NCBI RefSeq assembly: GCF_009914755.1
Contig: NC_060933.1
Origin: the human T2T-CHM13v2.0 reference genome, Homo sapiens
Length of the DNA: 64,000 nucleotides
Direction: 5' to 3' (one strand)
Position numbers and translations under genes: made by a program. Shown here in pieces: positions 43,050-56,239 of this stretch (the first letter of the stretch is position 1; every line of letters begins with the position of its first letter). The notes below the pieces were generated by a model that saw only the letters and a program-made list of their open reading frames with translations, did not search any database and had not been told where the DNA came from.

Positions 43050-46000
43050 ATGGAATCAACGCGATTGCAGGGGAATGGAATGGAATGGAATGCAATGGAA
43101 TGGAATCTTCCGGAATGGAATGGAATGGAATGGAATGGAATGGAATGGAATGCAATGGATTCAACTCGACTGCAATGGAATGGAATAGAATGGAATGGAA
43201 TGGAATGGAATGGAATTAACCCGAATACAATGGAATGGAATGCAATGGAACGGAATGGAATGGAATGGAATTGAATGGAATGCAATGGAATGGTATGGAA
43301 TGGAATGGAATGGTATGGAATAGAATGGAATGTAACGAATTGTAATGGAATGGAATTGAATGGAATGGAATGGAATCAACGCGAGTGCAGCGGAATGTAA
43401 TGGAACGGAATGCAATGGAATGGAATCATCCGGAATGGAATGGAATGGAAAGGAATGGAATAGAATGGAATCAACCCGAGTGCAATGGAATGGAGTGAAA
43501 TGGAATGGAATGGAATGGAACAACCCGAATGGAATGGAATGTAATGGACAGTAAGGGAGTTGAATAGAATCAATCCGAATGTAATGGAATGGAATGCAAC
43601 GGAATGGAATGGAATGGAATGCAATGGAATGCAATCAACCCGAGTACAATGGAATGGAATGGAATGGAATGGAATGGAATGGAATGGAATGGAATGCCTT
43701 CAAACCGAATGGAATGGAAAGGAATGGAATCAACACGAGTGGAATGGAATGGAATGGAATGGAATGTAATGGAATGGAATGGAATGATACGGAATAGAAT
43801 GGAATGGAACGAAATGGAATGGAATGGAATGGAATGGAATGGAATGGAATGGAATGGAATCGTTCCGAATGGAATAGGAGGGAATGTATTCGAGTGGAAT
43901 GGAAAGGAATGGAATCAACCAGAGTGGAATGGAAGGGAATGGAATGGAATGGAAACTAATAGAATGGAATCAACCCGAGTGGAATGGAATGGAAAGGACT
44001 GGAATGGAATGGAATGGAATGGAATGGAATCAACTCGATTGGAATGGAATGGAATGCAATGGAATGGAATGGAATGGAATTAACCCGAATACCATGGAAT
44101 GGAATGGAGTGGAACGGAATGGAGTGGAATGGAATGGAATCAACCCGAGTGCAGGGGAATGGAATGGAATGGAATGCAATGGAATGGAATCATCCGGAAT
44201 GGAATGGAATGGAATGGAATGCAAAGCAATGGAATCAACTCGATTGCAATGGAATGGAATGGAATGGAAAGGAATACATTGGAATCAACCCGATTGGAAT
44301 GCAATGGAAAGGACTGGAATGGAGTGGAATAGAATGGAATGGAATGGAATGGAATGGAATGGAAAGGAATCAACTCGATTGGAATGGAATGGAATGGAAT
44401 GGAATGGAATGGAATGGAATGGAATTAACCCGAATAGAATGGAATGGAATGGAATGGAACGGAACGGAACGGAACGGAATGGAATGGAATGGAATGGAAT
44501 GGAATGGAATGGAATCAACCCGACTGCAGGGGAATGGTATGGAATGGAATGCAATGGAATGGATTCAACTTGAATGGAATGGAAAGAATGGAATCAACAC
44601 GAAGGGAATGGCATGGATTGGAATGGAATGGAATGGAATGAACCCGAGTACAGGGGAATGGAATGGAATGGAATGCAATGGAATGGAATCATCCGTAATG
44701 GAATGGAAAGGAATGGAATGGAATGGAATGGAATGGAATCAACTCGATTGCAATCGAATGGAATGGAATGGAATTAACCCGAATAGAAAGGAATGGAATG
44801 GAATGGAATGGAACGGAACGGAATGGAATGGAATGGAATGGAATGGAATGGAACGGAAAGGAATGGAATGGAATGGAATGGAATGGAATGGAATGGAATG
44901 GAATGGAATGGAATCAACGCGAGTGCAGGGGAATGGAATGGAATGGAATGCAATGGAATGGAATCTTCCGGAATGGAATGGAATGGAATGGAATGGAATG
45001 GAATGGAATGCAATGGATACAACTCGATTGCAATGGAATGGAATAGAATGGAATGGAATGGAATGGAATGGAATTAACCCGAATACAATGGAATGGAATG
45101 CAATGGAACGGAATGGAATGGAATGGAATTGAATGGAATGCAATGGAATGGTATGGAATGGAATGGAATGGTACAGAATAGAATGGAATGTAACGAATTG
45201 TAATGGAATGGAATTGAATGGAATGGAATGGAATCAACGCGAGTGCAGCGGAATGTAATGGAACGGAATGCAATGGAATGGAATCATCCGGAATGGAATG
45301 GAATGGAATGGAATGGAATAGAATGGAATCAACCCGAGTGCAATGGAATGGAGTGGAATGGAATGGAATGGAATGGAACAACCCGAATGGAATGGAATGT
45401 AATGGACAGTAAGGGAGTTGAATAGAATCAATCCGAATGTAATGGAATGGAATGCAACGGAATGGAATGGAATGGAATGCAATGGAATGCAATCAACCCG
45501 AGTACAATGGAATGGAATGGAATGGAATGGAATGGAATGGAATGGAATGCCTTCAAACCGAATGGAATGGAAAGGAATGGAATCAACACGAGTGGAATGG
45601 AATGGAATGGAATGGAATGGAATGGAATGGAATGGAATGGAATGATACGGAATAGAATGGAATGGAACGAAATGGAATGGAATGGAATGGAATGGAATGG
45701 AATGGAATGGAATGGAATCGTTCCGAATGGAATAGGAGGGAATGTATTCGAGTGGAATGGAAAGGAATGGAATCAACCAGAGTGGAATGGAAGGGAATGG
45801 AATGGAATGGAAACTAATAGAATGGAATCAACCCGAGTGGAATGGAATGGAAAGGACTGGAATGGAATGGAATGGAATGGAATGGAATGGAATCAACTCG
45901 ATTGGAATGGAATGGAATGGAATGGAATGGAATGGAATGTAATGGAATTAACCCGAATACCATGGAATGGAATGGAATGGAACGGAATGGAGTGGAATGG

Positions 46001-46800
46001 AATGGAATCAACCCGAGTGCAGGGGAATGGAATGGAATGGAATGCAATGGAATGGAATCATCCGGAATGGAATGGAATGGAATGGAATGCAAAGCAATGG
46101 AATCAACTCGATTGCAATGGAATGGAATGGAATGGAAAGGAATACATTGGAATCAACCCGATTGGAATGCAATGGAAAGGACTGGAATGGAGTGGAATAG
46201 AATGGAATGGAATGGAATGGAATGGAATGGAAAGGAATCAACTCGATTGGAATGGAATGGAATGGAATGGAATGGAATGGAATGGAATGGAATTAACCCG
46301 AATAGAATGGAATGGAATGGAATGGAACGGAACGGAACGGAACGGAATGGAATGGAATGGAATGGAATGGAATGGAATGGAATCAACCCGACTGCAGGGG
46401 AATGGTATGGAATGGAATGCAATGGAAAGGATTCAACTTGAATGGAATGGAAAGAATGGAATCAACACGATGGGAATGGCATGGATTGGAATGGAATGGA
46501 ATGGAATGAACCCGAGTACAGGGGAATGGAATGGAATGGAATGCAATGGAATGGAATCATCCGTAATGGAATGGAAAGGAATGGAATGGAATGGAATGGA
46601 ATGGAATGGAATGGAATGGAATCAACTCGATTGCAATCGAATGGAATGGAATGGAATTAACCCGAATAGAAAGGAATGGAATGGAATGGAACGGAAAGGA
46701 ATGGAATGGAATGGAATGGAATGGAATGGAATGGAATGGAATGGAATGGAATCAACGCGAGTGCAGGGGAATGGAATGGAATGGAATGCAATGGAATGGA
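43050..46800 (+). repeat. ~1.86-kb tandem duplication (long loop), 2 copies
   Basis: Private variants caacgcgagtgcagcgg 43377/45235 and cgttccgaat 43861/45719 (offset 1858). aataccatgg, caacccgattggaatgc 44286/46154 and gggaatggtatgg show offset 1868 after a two-pentamer gain. Confidence 0.93.
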
Positions 46801-49800
46801 ATCTTCCGGAATGGAATGGAATGGAATAGAATGGAATGGAATGGAATAATCCCGAATGCAATGGAATGGAGTGGAATGGAATGGAATGGAATGGAACAGC
46901 CCGAATGGAATGGAATGTAATAGAGAGTAAGGGAGTTGAATAGAATCAATCCGAATGTAATGGAATGGAATGGAACGGAATGGAATTGAATGGAATGGAA
47001 TGGAATGCAATGGAATGGAATCAACCCGAGTGCAATAGAATGGAGAGGAATGGAATGGAATGGAATGGAAACTACCCGAATGGAATGGAATGTAATGGAG
47101 AGTAAGGGAATTGAATAGAATCAATCCGAATGTAATGGAATGGAATGGAACGGAATGGAATGGAATGGAATGGAATGGAATGGAATGGAATGCAATGGAA
47201 TGGAATCAACCCAAGTGCAATCGAATGGAATCGAATGGAATGGAATGCAATGGAATGGATTCAACTTGAATGGAATGGAAAGAATGGAATCAACACGAGT
47301 GGAAGGGCATGGATTGGAATGCAATGGAATAGAATCAACCCGAGTACAGGGGAATGGAATGGAATGGAATGCAATGGAATGGAATCATCCGTAATGGAAT
47401 GGAAAGGAATGGAATGGAATGGAATGGAATTAACTCGAATAGAATGGAATGGAATGGAATGGAATGGAATGGTATGGAATGGAATGGAATGGTACGGAAT
47501 AGAATGGAATGGAACGAATTGTAATGGAATGGAATTGAATGGAATGGAATGGAATGGAATGGAATCAACGCGAGTGCAAGGGAATGTAATGGAACGGAAT
47601 GCAATGGAATGGAATCATCCGGAATGGAATGGAATGGAATGGAATGGAATCAACCCGAGTGCAATGGAATGGAGTGGAATGGAATGAAATGGAATGGAAC
47701 AACCCGAATGGAATGGAATGTAATGGAGAGTAAGGGAGTTGAATAGAATCAATCCGAATGTAATGGAATGGAATGCAACGGAATGGAATGGAAAGGAATG
47801 GAATGGAATGGAATGGAATGGAATGGAATGCAATGGAATGGAATCAACCCGAGTTCAATGGAATGGAAAGGAATGGAATGGAATGGAATGGAATGGAATG
47901 GAATGGAATGGAATGGAATGGAATCAACACGATTGCAATCGAATGGAATGGAATTAAATTAACCCGAATAGAATGGAATGGAATGGAATGGAACGGAACG
48001 GAATGGAATGGAATGGAATGGAATGGAACGGAGCGGAACGGAACGGAATTTAATGGAATGGAACGGAATGGAATCAACGCGAGTGCAGGGGAATGGAATG
48101 GAATGGAATGCAATGGAATGGAATCATCCGGAATGGAATGGAATGGAATGGAATGCAAAGCAATGGAATCAACTCGATTGCAATGGAATGGAATGGACTG
48201 GAAAGGAATACATTGGAATCAACCCGAGTGGAATGGAATGGAAAGGACTGGAATGGAGTGGAATGGAATGGAATGGAATGGAATGGAATCAACTCGATTG
48301 GAATGGAATGGAACGGAATGGAATGGAATGGAATTAACCCGAATAGAATGGAATGGAATGAAACGGAATGGAACGGAACGGAATGGAATGGAATCGAATG
48401 GAATGGAATGGAATGCAATGGAATGGAATCAACCCGACTGCAGGGGAATGGAATGGAATGGAATGCAATGGAATGGATTCAACTTGAATGGAATGGAAAG
48501 AATGGAATCAACACGAGTGGAATGGCATGGATTGGAATGGAATGGAATGGAATCAACCCGAGTACAGGGGAATGGAATGGAATGCAATGCAATGGAATGG
48601 AATCATCCGTAATGGAATGGAAAGGAATGGAATGGAATGGAATGGAATGGAATGGAATGGAATGGAATCAACTCGATTGCAATCGAATGGAATGGAATGG
48701 AATTAACCCGAATAGAAAGGAATGGAATGGAATTGAACGGAACGGAACGGAATGGAATGGAATGGAATGGAATGGAACGGAAAGGAATGGAATGGAATAG
48801 AATGGAATGGAATGCAATGGAATGGAATCAACGCGAGTGCAGGGGAATGGAATGGAATGGAATGCAATGGAATGGAATCTTCCGGAATGGAATGGAATGG
48901 AATGGAATGGAATGGAATGGAATAATCCCGAATGCAATGGAATGGAGTGGAATGGAATGGAATGGAATGGAACAGCCCGAATGGAATGGAATGTAATAGA
49001 GAGTAAGGGAGTTGAATAGAATCAATCTGAATGTAATGGAGTGCAACGGAATGGAATGGAATGGAATGGAATGGAATGGAATGGAATGCAATGGAATGGA
49101 ATCAACCCGAGTACAATGGAATGGAATGGAATGGAATGGAATGGAATGGAATGGAATGGAATGGAATGCCTTCAAACCGAATGGAATGGAAAGGAATGGA
49201 ATCAACACGAGTGGAATGGAATGGAATGGAATGGAATGGAATGGAATGGAATGGAATGGAATGGTATGATACGGAATAGAATGGAATGGAACGAAATGGA
49301 ATGGAATGGAATGGAATGGTATGGAATGGAATGCAATGGAATGGAATCGTTCCGAGTGGAATAGGAGGGAATGTATTCGAGTGGAATGGAAAGGAATGGA
49401 ATCAACCAGAGTGGAATGGAAGGGAATGGAATGGAATGGAAACTAATAGAATGGAATCAACCGAGTGGAATGGAATGGAAAGGACTGGAATGGAATGGAA
49501 TGGAATGCAATGGAATGGAATCAACTCGATTGTAATGGAATGGAATGGAATGGAATGGAATGGAATGGAATTAACCCGAATACAATGGAATGGAATGGAA
49601 TGGAACGGAATGGAGTGGAATGGAATGGAATGGAATGGAACGGAATGGAGTGGAATGGAATGGAATCAACCCGAGTGCAGGGGAATGGAATGGAATGGAA
49701 TGCAATGGAATGGAAATAACCCGAATAAAATGGAATGGAATGGAATGAAACGGAATGGAGTGGAATGGAATGGAATCAACCCGAGTGCAGGGGAATGGAA

Positions 49801-50179
49801 TGGAATGGAATGCAATGGAATGGAATCATCCGGAATGGAATGGAATGGAATGGAATGCAAAGCAATGGAATCAACTCGATTGCAATTGCATGGAATGGAA
49901 TGGAAAGGAATACATTGGAATCAACCCGAGTGGAATGGAATGGAAAGGACTGCAATGGAGTGGAATGGAATGGAATGGAATGGAATGGAATCAACTCGAT
50001 TGGAATGGAATGGAATGGAATGGAATGGAATGGAATGGAATTAACCCGAATAGAATGGAATGGAATGGAATGGAACGGAACGGAACGGAATGGAATGGAA
50101 TGGAATGGAATGGAATGGAATGGAATGGAATCAACCCGACTGCAGGGGAATGGAATGGAATGGAATGGAATGCAATGGA

Positions 50180-53100
50180 ATGGATTAAACTTGAATGCAA
50201 TGGAAAGAATGGAATCAACACGAGTGGAATGGCATGGATTGGAATGGAATGGAATGGAATCAACCCGAGTACAGGGGAATGGAATGGAATGGAATGCAAT
50301 GGAATGGAATCATCCGTAATGGAATGGAAAGGAATGGAATGGAATGGAATAGAATCAACTCGATTGCAATCGAATGGAATGGAATGGAATTAACCCAAAT
50401 AGAATGGAATGGAATGGAATGGAACGGAACGGAATGGAATCGAATGGAATGGAATGGAACGGATCGGAACGGAATGGAATGGAATGGAATGGAATGGAAT
50501 CAACGCGAGTGCAGGGGAATGGAATGCAATGGAATGGAATCTTCCGGAATGGAATGGAATGGAATGGAATGGAATGAAATGCAATGGATTCAACTCGATT
50601 GCAATGGAATGGAATAGAATGGAATGGAATGGAATGGAATGGAATTAACCCGAATAGAATGGAATGGAATGCAATGGAACGGAATGGAACGGAATGGAAT
50701 GGAAGGGAATGGAATGGAATGGTATGGAATGGAATGGAATGGTACGGAATAGAATGGAATGGAACGAATTGTAATGGAATGGAATTGAATGGAATGGAAT
50801 GGAATCAACGAGAGTGCAGGGGAATGTAATGGAACGAAATGCAATGGAATGGAATCATCCGGAATGCAATGGAATGGAATGGAATGGAATGGAATCAACC
50901 CGAGTGCAATGGAATGGAGTGGAATGGAATGGAATGGAATGGAACAACACGAATGGAATGGAATGGAATGGATAGTAAGGGAGTTGAATAGAATCAATCT
51001 GAATGTAATGGAATGTAACGCAATGGAATGGAATGGAATGGAATGGAATGCAATGGAATGGAATCAACCCGAGTACAATGGAATGGAATGGAATGGAATG
51101 GAATGGAATGGAATGGAATGGAATCAACCCGACTGCAGGGGAATGGAATGGAATGGAATGGAATGGAATGGAATCATCCGGAACGGAATGGACTGGAATG
51201 GAATGGAATCAACTCGATTGCAATGGAATGGAATGGAATGGAATTTAATCGAATGGAATGGAATGGAATTAACCGGAATAGAATGGAATGGAATGGAATG
51301 GAACGGAATGGAATGGAATGGAATGGAATGGAATCAACCCGAGTGCAGGGGAATGGAATGGAATGGAATGCAATGGAATGGAATCATCCGGAATGGAATG
51401 GAATGGAATGGAATGCAATCAACCTGATGCAATGGAATGGAGTGGAATGGAATGGAATGGAATGGAAACATCCCGAATGGAATGGAATGTAATGGAGTGT
51501 AAGGGAATTGAATAGAATCAATCCGAATGTAATGGAATGGAATGGAATGAAATGGAATGGAATGGAATGGAATGGAATCAACACGAGTGCAATGGAATGG
51601 ATTCGAATGGAATGGAATGGAATGGAATGGAAGCAACTCGATTGGAATGGAATGGAATGGAATGGAATGGAATGGAATGGAATTAACCCGAATAGAATGG
51701 AATGGAATGGAATTCAACGGAATGGAATGGAATGGAATGGAATGGAATGGAATGGAATGGAATGGAATCAACCCGACTGCAGGGGAATGGAATGGAATGG
51801 AATGGAATGGAATGGAATCATCCGGAAAGGAATGGACTGGAATGGAATGGAATCAACTCGATTGCAATGGAATGGAATGGAATGGAATTTAATCGAATGG
51901 AATGGAATGGAATTAACCGGAATAGAATGGAATGGAATGGAATGGAATGGAACGGAATGGAATGGAATGGAATGGAATGGAATGGAATGGAATCATCCCG
52001 AGTGCAGGGGAATGGAATGGAATGGAATGCAATGGAATGGAATCATCCGGAATGGAATGGAATGGAATGGAATGCAATCAACCTGATGCAATGGAATTGA
52101 GTGGAATGGAATGGAATGGAATGGAAACATCCCGAATGGAATGGAATGTAATGGAGTGTAAGGGAATTGAATAGAATCAATCCGAATGTAATGGAATGGA
52201 ATGGAATGAAATGGAATGGAATGGAATGGAATGGAATCAACCCGAGTGCAATGGAATGGATTCGAATGGAATGGAATGGAATGGAATGGATTCAACAAGA
52301 ATGGAATGGAAAGGAATGGAATCAACCCGAGTGTAATGGCATGGAATGGAACGGAATGGAATGGGATGGAATGGAATGGTATGGAATAGAATGGAATAGA
52401 ATGAAATGGAATGGAATGGAATGGAATGGAATGGAATGGAATGAACCCGTGTGCAATGGAATGGAATGGAATGGAATGGAATGGATTCAACTCGAATGGA
52501 ATCAACTCGATTGCAATGGAATGGAATGGAATTGAAAGGAATAGAATGGAATCAACACGAGTTGAATGGAATGGAAAGGACTGGAATGGAGTGGAATGGA
52601 ATGGAATGGAATTAACACGAATAGAATGAAATGGAACGGAATGGAATGGAATGTAATGGAATGCAATGGAAAGGAATCATCCGGAATGGAATGGAATGGA
52701 ATGGAATGGAATGGAATGGAATGGAATGGAATCAACTCGATTTCAATGGAATGGAATGGAATAGAATGGAATGGAATTAACACGAATAGAATGGAAAGGA
52801 ATGGAATTGAATGGAACAGAAAGGAATGGAATGGAATGGAATGGAATCAACCCAAGTGCAGGGGAATGGAATGGAATAGAATTCAATGGAATGGAATCAT
52901 CCGGAATGGAATGGAATGGAATGGAATGGAATGGAATGGAATCAACGCGAGTGCAGGGGAATGGAATGGAATGGAATGCAATGGAATGGAATCTTCCGGA
53001 ATGGAATGGAATGGAATGGAATGGAATGAAATGCAATGGATTCAACTCGATTGCAAAGGAATGGAATAGAATGGAATGGAATGGAATGGAATGGAATTAA

Positions 53101-53520
53101 TTCGAATAGAATGGAATGGAATGGAATGGAAGGGAATGGAACGGAATGGAATGGAATGGAATGGAATGGAATGGTATGGAATGGAATGGAATGGTACGGA
53201 ATAGAATGGAATGGAACGAATTGTAATGGAATGGAATTGAATGGAATGGAATGGAATTGAATGGAATCAACGCGAGTGCAGGGGAATGTAATGGAACGGA
53301 AGGCAATGGAATGGAATCATCCAGAATGGAATGGAATGGAATGGAATGGAATGGAATCAACCCGAGTGCAATGGAATGGTGTGGAATGGAATGGAATGGA
53401 ATGGAACAACCCGAATGGAATGGAATGTAATGGAGAGTAAGGGAGTTGAATAGAATCAATCCGAATGTAATGGAATGGAATGCAACGGAATGGAATGGAA
53501 TGGAATGGAATGGAATGGAA
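50180..53520 (+). repeat. ~3.3-kb block duplicated at ~56240-59520 (offset 6057); its right part is also related to ~33900-36330
   Basis: ttaacccaaatag 50390/56447, caacgagagtgc 50806/56863, caacctgat 52079/58136. The ORF pairs 50584/56641, 51288/57345, 51508/57565 and 52167/58224 are all offset by 6057. An internal 659-bp duplication is present in both copies. Confidence 0.93.
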
Positions 53521-53755
53521 TGGAATGCAATGGAATGGAATCATCCGGAATGGAATGGAATGGAATGGAATGGAATGGAATCAACCCGAGTGCAATGGAA
53601 TGGAGTGGAATGGAATGGAATGGAATGGAACAACCCGAATGGAATGGAATGGAATGGAGAGTAAGGGAGTTGAATAGAATCAATCCGAATGTAATGGAAT
53701 GGAATGCAACGGAATGGAATGGAATGGAATGGAATGGAATGCAATGGAATGGAAT

Positions 53756-55575
53756 CAACCCGAGTACAATGGAATGGAATGGAATGGAATGGAATGGAAT
53801 GGAATGGAATGGAATTGAATGGATTGGAATGCCTTCAAACCGAATGGAATGGAAAGGAATGCAATCAACACGAGTGGAATGGAATGGAATGGAAAGGAAT
53901 GGAATGGTACGGAATAGAATGCAATGGAACGAAATGGAATGGAATGGAATGGAATAGAATGGAATCGTTCAGAGTGGAATAGGAGGGAACGTATTCGAGT
54001 GGAATGGAAAGGAATGGAATCAACCAGAGTGGAATGGAAGGGAATGGAATGGAATGGAAACTAATAGAATGGAATCAACCCGAGAGGAATGGAATGGAAA
54101 TGACTGGAATGGAATGGAATGGAATGGAATGGAATGGAATGGAATCAACTCGATTGTAATGGATTGGAATGGAATGGAATTGAACGGAATGGAATGGAAT
54201 TAACCCGAATAAAACGGAATGGAATGGAATGGAACGGAATGGAGTGGAATGGAATGGAATCAACCCGAGTGCAGGGGAATGGAATGGAATGGAATGCAAT
54301 GGAATGGAATCATCCGGAATGGAATGGAATGGAATGGAATGCAAAGCAATGGAATCAACTCGATTGCAATGGAATGGAATGGAATGGAAAGGAATACATT
54401 GGAATCAACCCGAGTGGAATGGAATGGAAAGGACTGGAATGGAGTGGAATGGAATGGAATGGAATGGAATGGAATCAACTCGATTGGAATGGAATGGAAT
54501 GGAATGGAATGGAATGGAATGGAATTAACCCGAATAGAATGGAATGGAATTAAATGGAAAGGAACGGAATGGAATGGAATGGAATGGAATGGAATGGAAT
54601 GGAATGGAATCAACCCGACTGAAGGGGAATGGAATGGAATGGAATGCAATGGAATGGAATCAACCCGAGTACAATGGAATGGAATGGAATGGAATGGAAT
54701 GGAATGGAATGGAATGGAATGGAATTGAATGGATTGGAATGCCTTCAAACCGAATGGAATGGAAAGGAATGGAATCAACACGAGTGGAATGGAATGGAAT
54801 GGAAAGGAATGGAATGGAATGGAATGGTACGGAATAGAATGGAATGGAACGAAATGGAATGCAATGGAATGGAATAGAATGGAATCGTTCAGAGTGGAAT
54901 AGGAGGGAACGTATTCGAGTGGAATGGAAAGGAATGGAATCAACCAGAGTGGAATGGAAGGGAATGGAATGGAATGGAAACTAACAGAATGGAATCAACC
55001 CGAGTGGAATGGAATGGAAATGACTGGAATGGAATGGAATGGAATGGAATGGAATGGAATGGAATGGAATCAACTCGATTGTAATGGATTGGAATGGAAT
55101 GGAATTGAATGGAATGGAATGGAATTAACCCGAATAAAACGGAATGGAATGGAATGCAACGGAATGGAGTGGAATGGAATGGAATCAACCCGAGTGCAGG
55201 GGAATGGAATGGAATGGAATGCAATGGAATGGAATCATCCGGAATGGAATGGAATGGAATGGAATGCAAAGCAATGGAATCAACTCGATTGCAATGGAAT
55301 GGAATGGAATGGAAAGGAATACATTGGAATCAACCCGAGTGGAATGGAATGGAAAGGACTGGAATGGAGTGGAATGGAATGGAATGGAATGGAATGGAAT
55401 CAACTCGATTGGAATGGAATGGAATGGAATGGAATGGAATGGAATGGAATTAACCCGAATAGAATGGAATGGAATTAAATGGAAAGGAACGGAATGGAAT
55501 GGAATGGAATGGAATGGAATGGAATGAACCCGACTGCAGGGGAATGGAATGGAATGGAATGCAATGGAATGGATT
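53756..55575 (+). repeat. ~905-925-bp tandem duplication, 2 copies
   Basis: Private variants in both copies: ggattggaatgccttc, cgttcagagt (53966/54886), gggaacgtattcg, ggaaatgactgg, ccgaataaaacgg, ggaattaaatggaaagg. Confidence 0.92.
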
Positions 55576-56239
55576 CAACTTGAATGGAATGGAAAGAATG
55601 GAATCAACACGAGTGGAATGGCATGGATTGCAATGGAATGGAATGGAATCAACCCGAGTACAGGGGAATGGAATGGAATGGAATTCAATGGAATGGAATC
55701 ATCCGTAATGGAATGGAAAGGAATGGAATGGAATGGAATGGAATGGAATGGAAAGGAATCAACTCGATTTCAATGGAATGGAATGGAATGGAATTAACCC
55801 GAATAGAATGGAATGGAATGGAATGGAACGGAATGGAACGGAATGGAATGCAATGGAATGGAATGGAACGGAACGGAACGGAATGGAATGGAATGGAATG
55901 GAATGGAATGGAATCAACGCGAGTGCAGGGGAATGGAATGTAATGGAATGCAATGGAATGGAATCTTCCGGAATGGAATGGAATGGAATGGAATCAACCC
56001 GAGTGCAATGGAATGGAGTGGAATGGAATGGAATGGAATGGAAACTACCCGAATGGAATGGCATGTAATGGAGTGTAAGGGAATTGAATAGAATCAATCC
56101 GAAAGGAATGGAATGGAATGGAACGGAATGGAATGGAATGGAACGGAATGGAATGGAATGGAATGGAATGGAATGCAATGGAATGGAATCACCCCGAGTG
56201 CAATCGAATGGAATCGACTGGAATGGAATGCAATGGAAT

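Noticed and set aside
45447-46829. Longest ORF (460 aa) and all other + strand MEWNG-repeat ORFs
   Set aside because: (GGAAT)n has no stop codon in any frame and supplies an ATG every 5 bp, so long overlapping ORFs in all frames are expected. There is no domain, codon structure or splice context. Poly-WNGME peptides are known from SCA31 repeat RNA, but nothing here shows translation.
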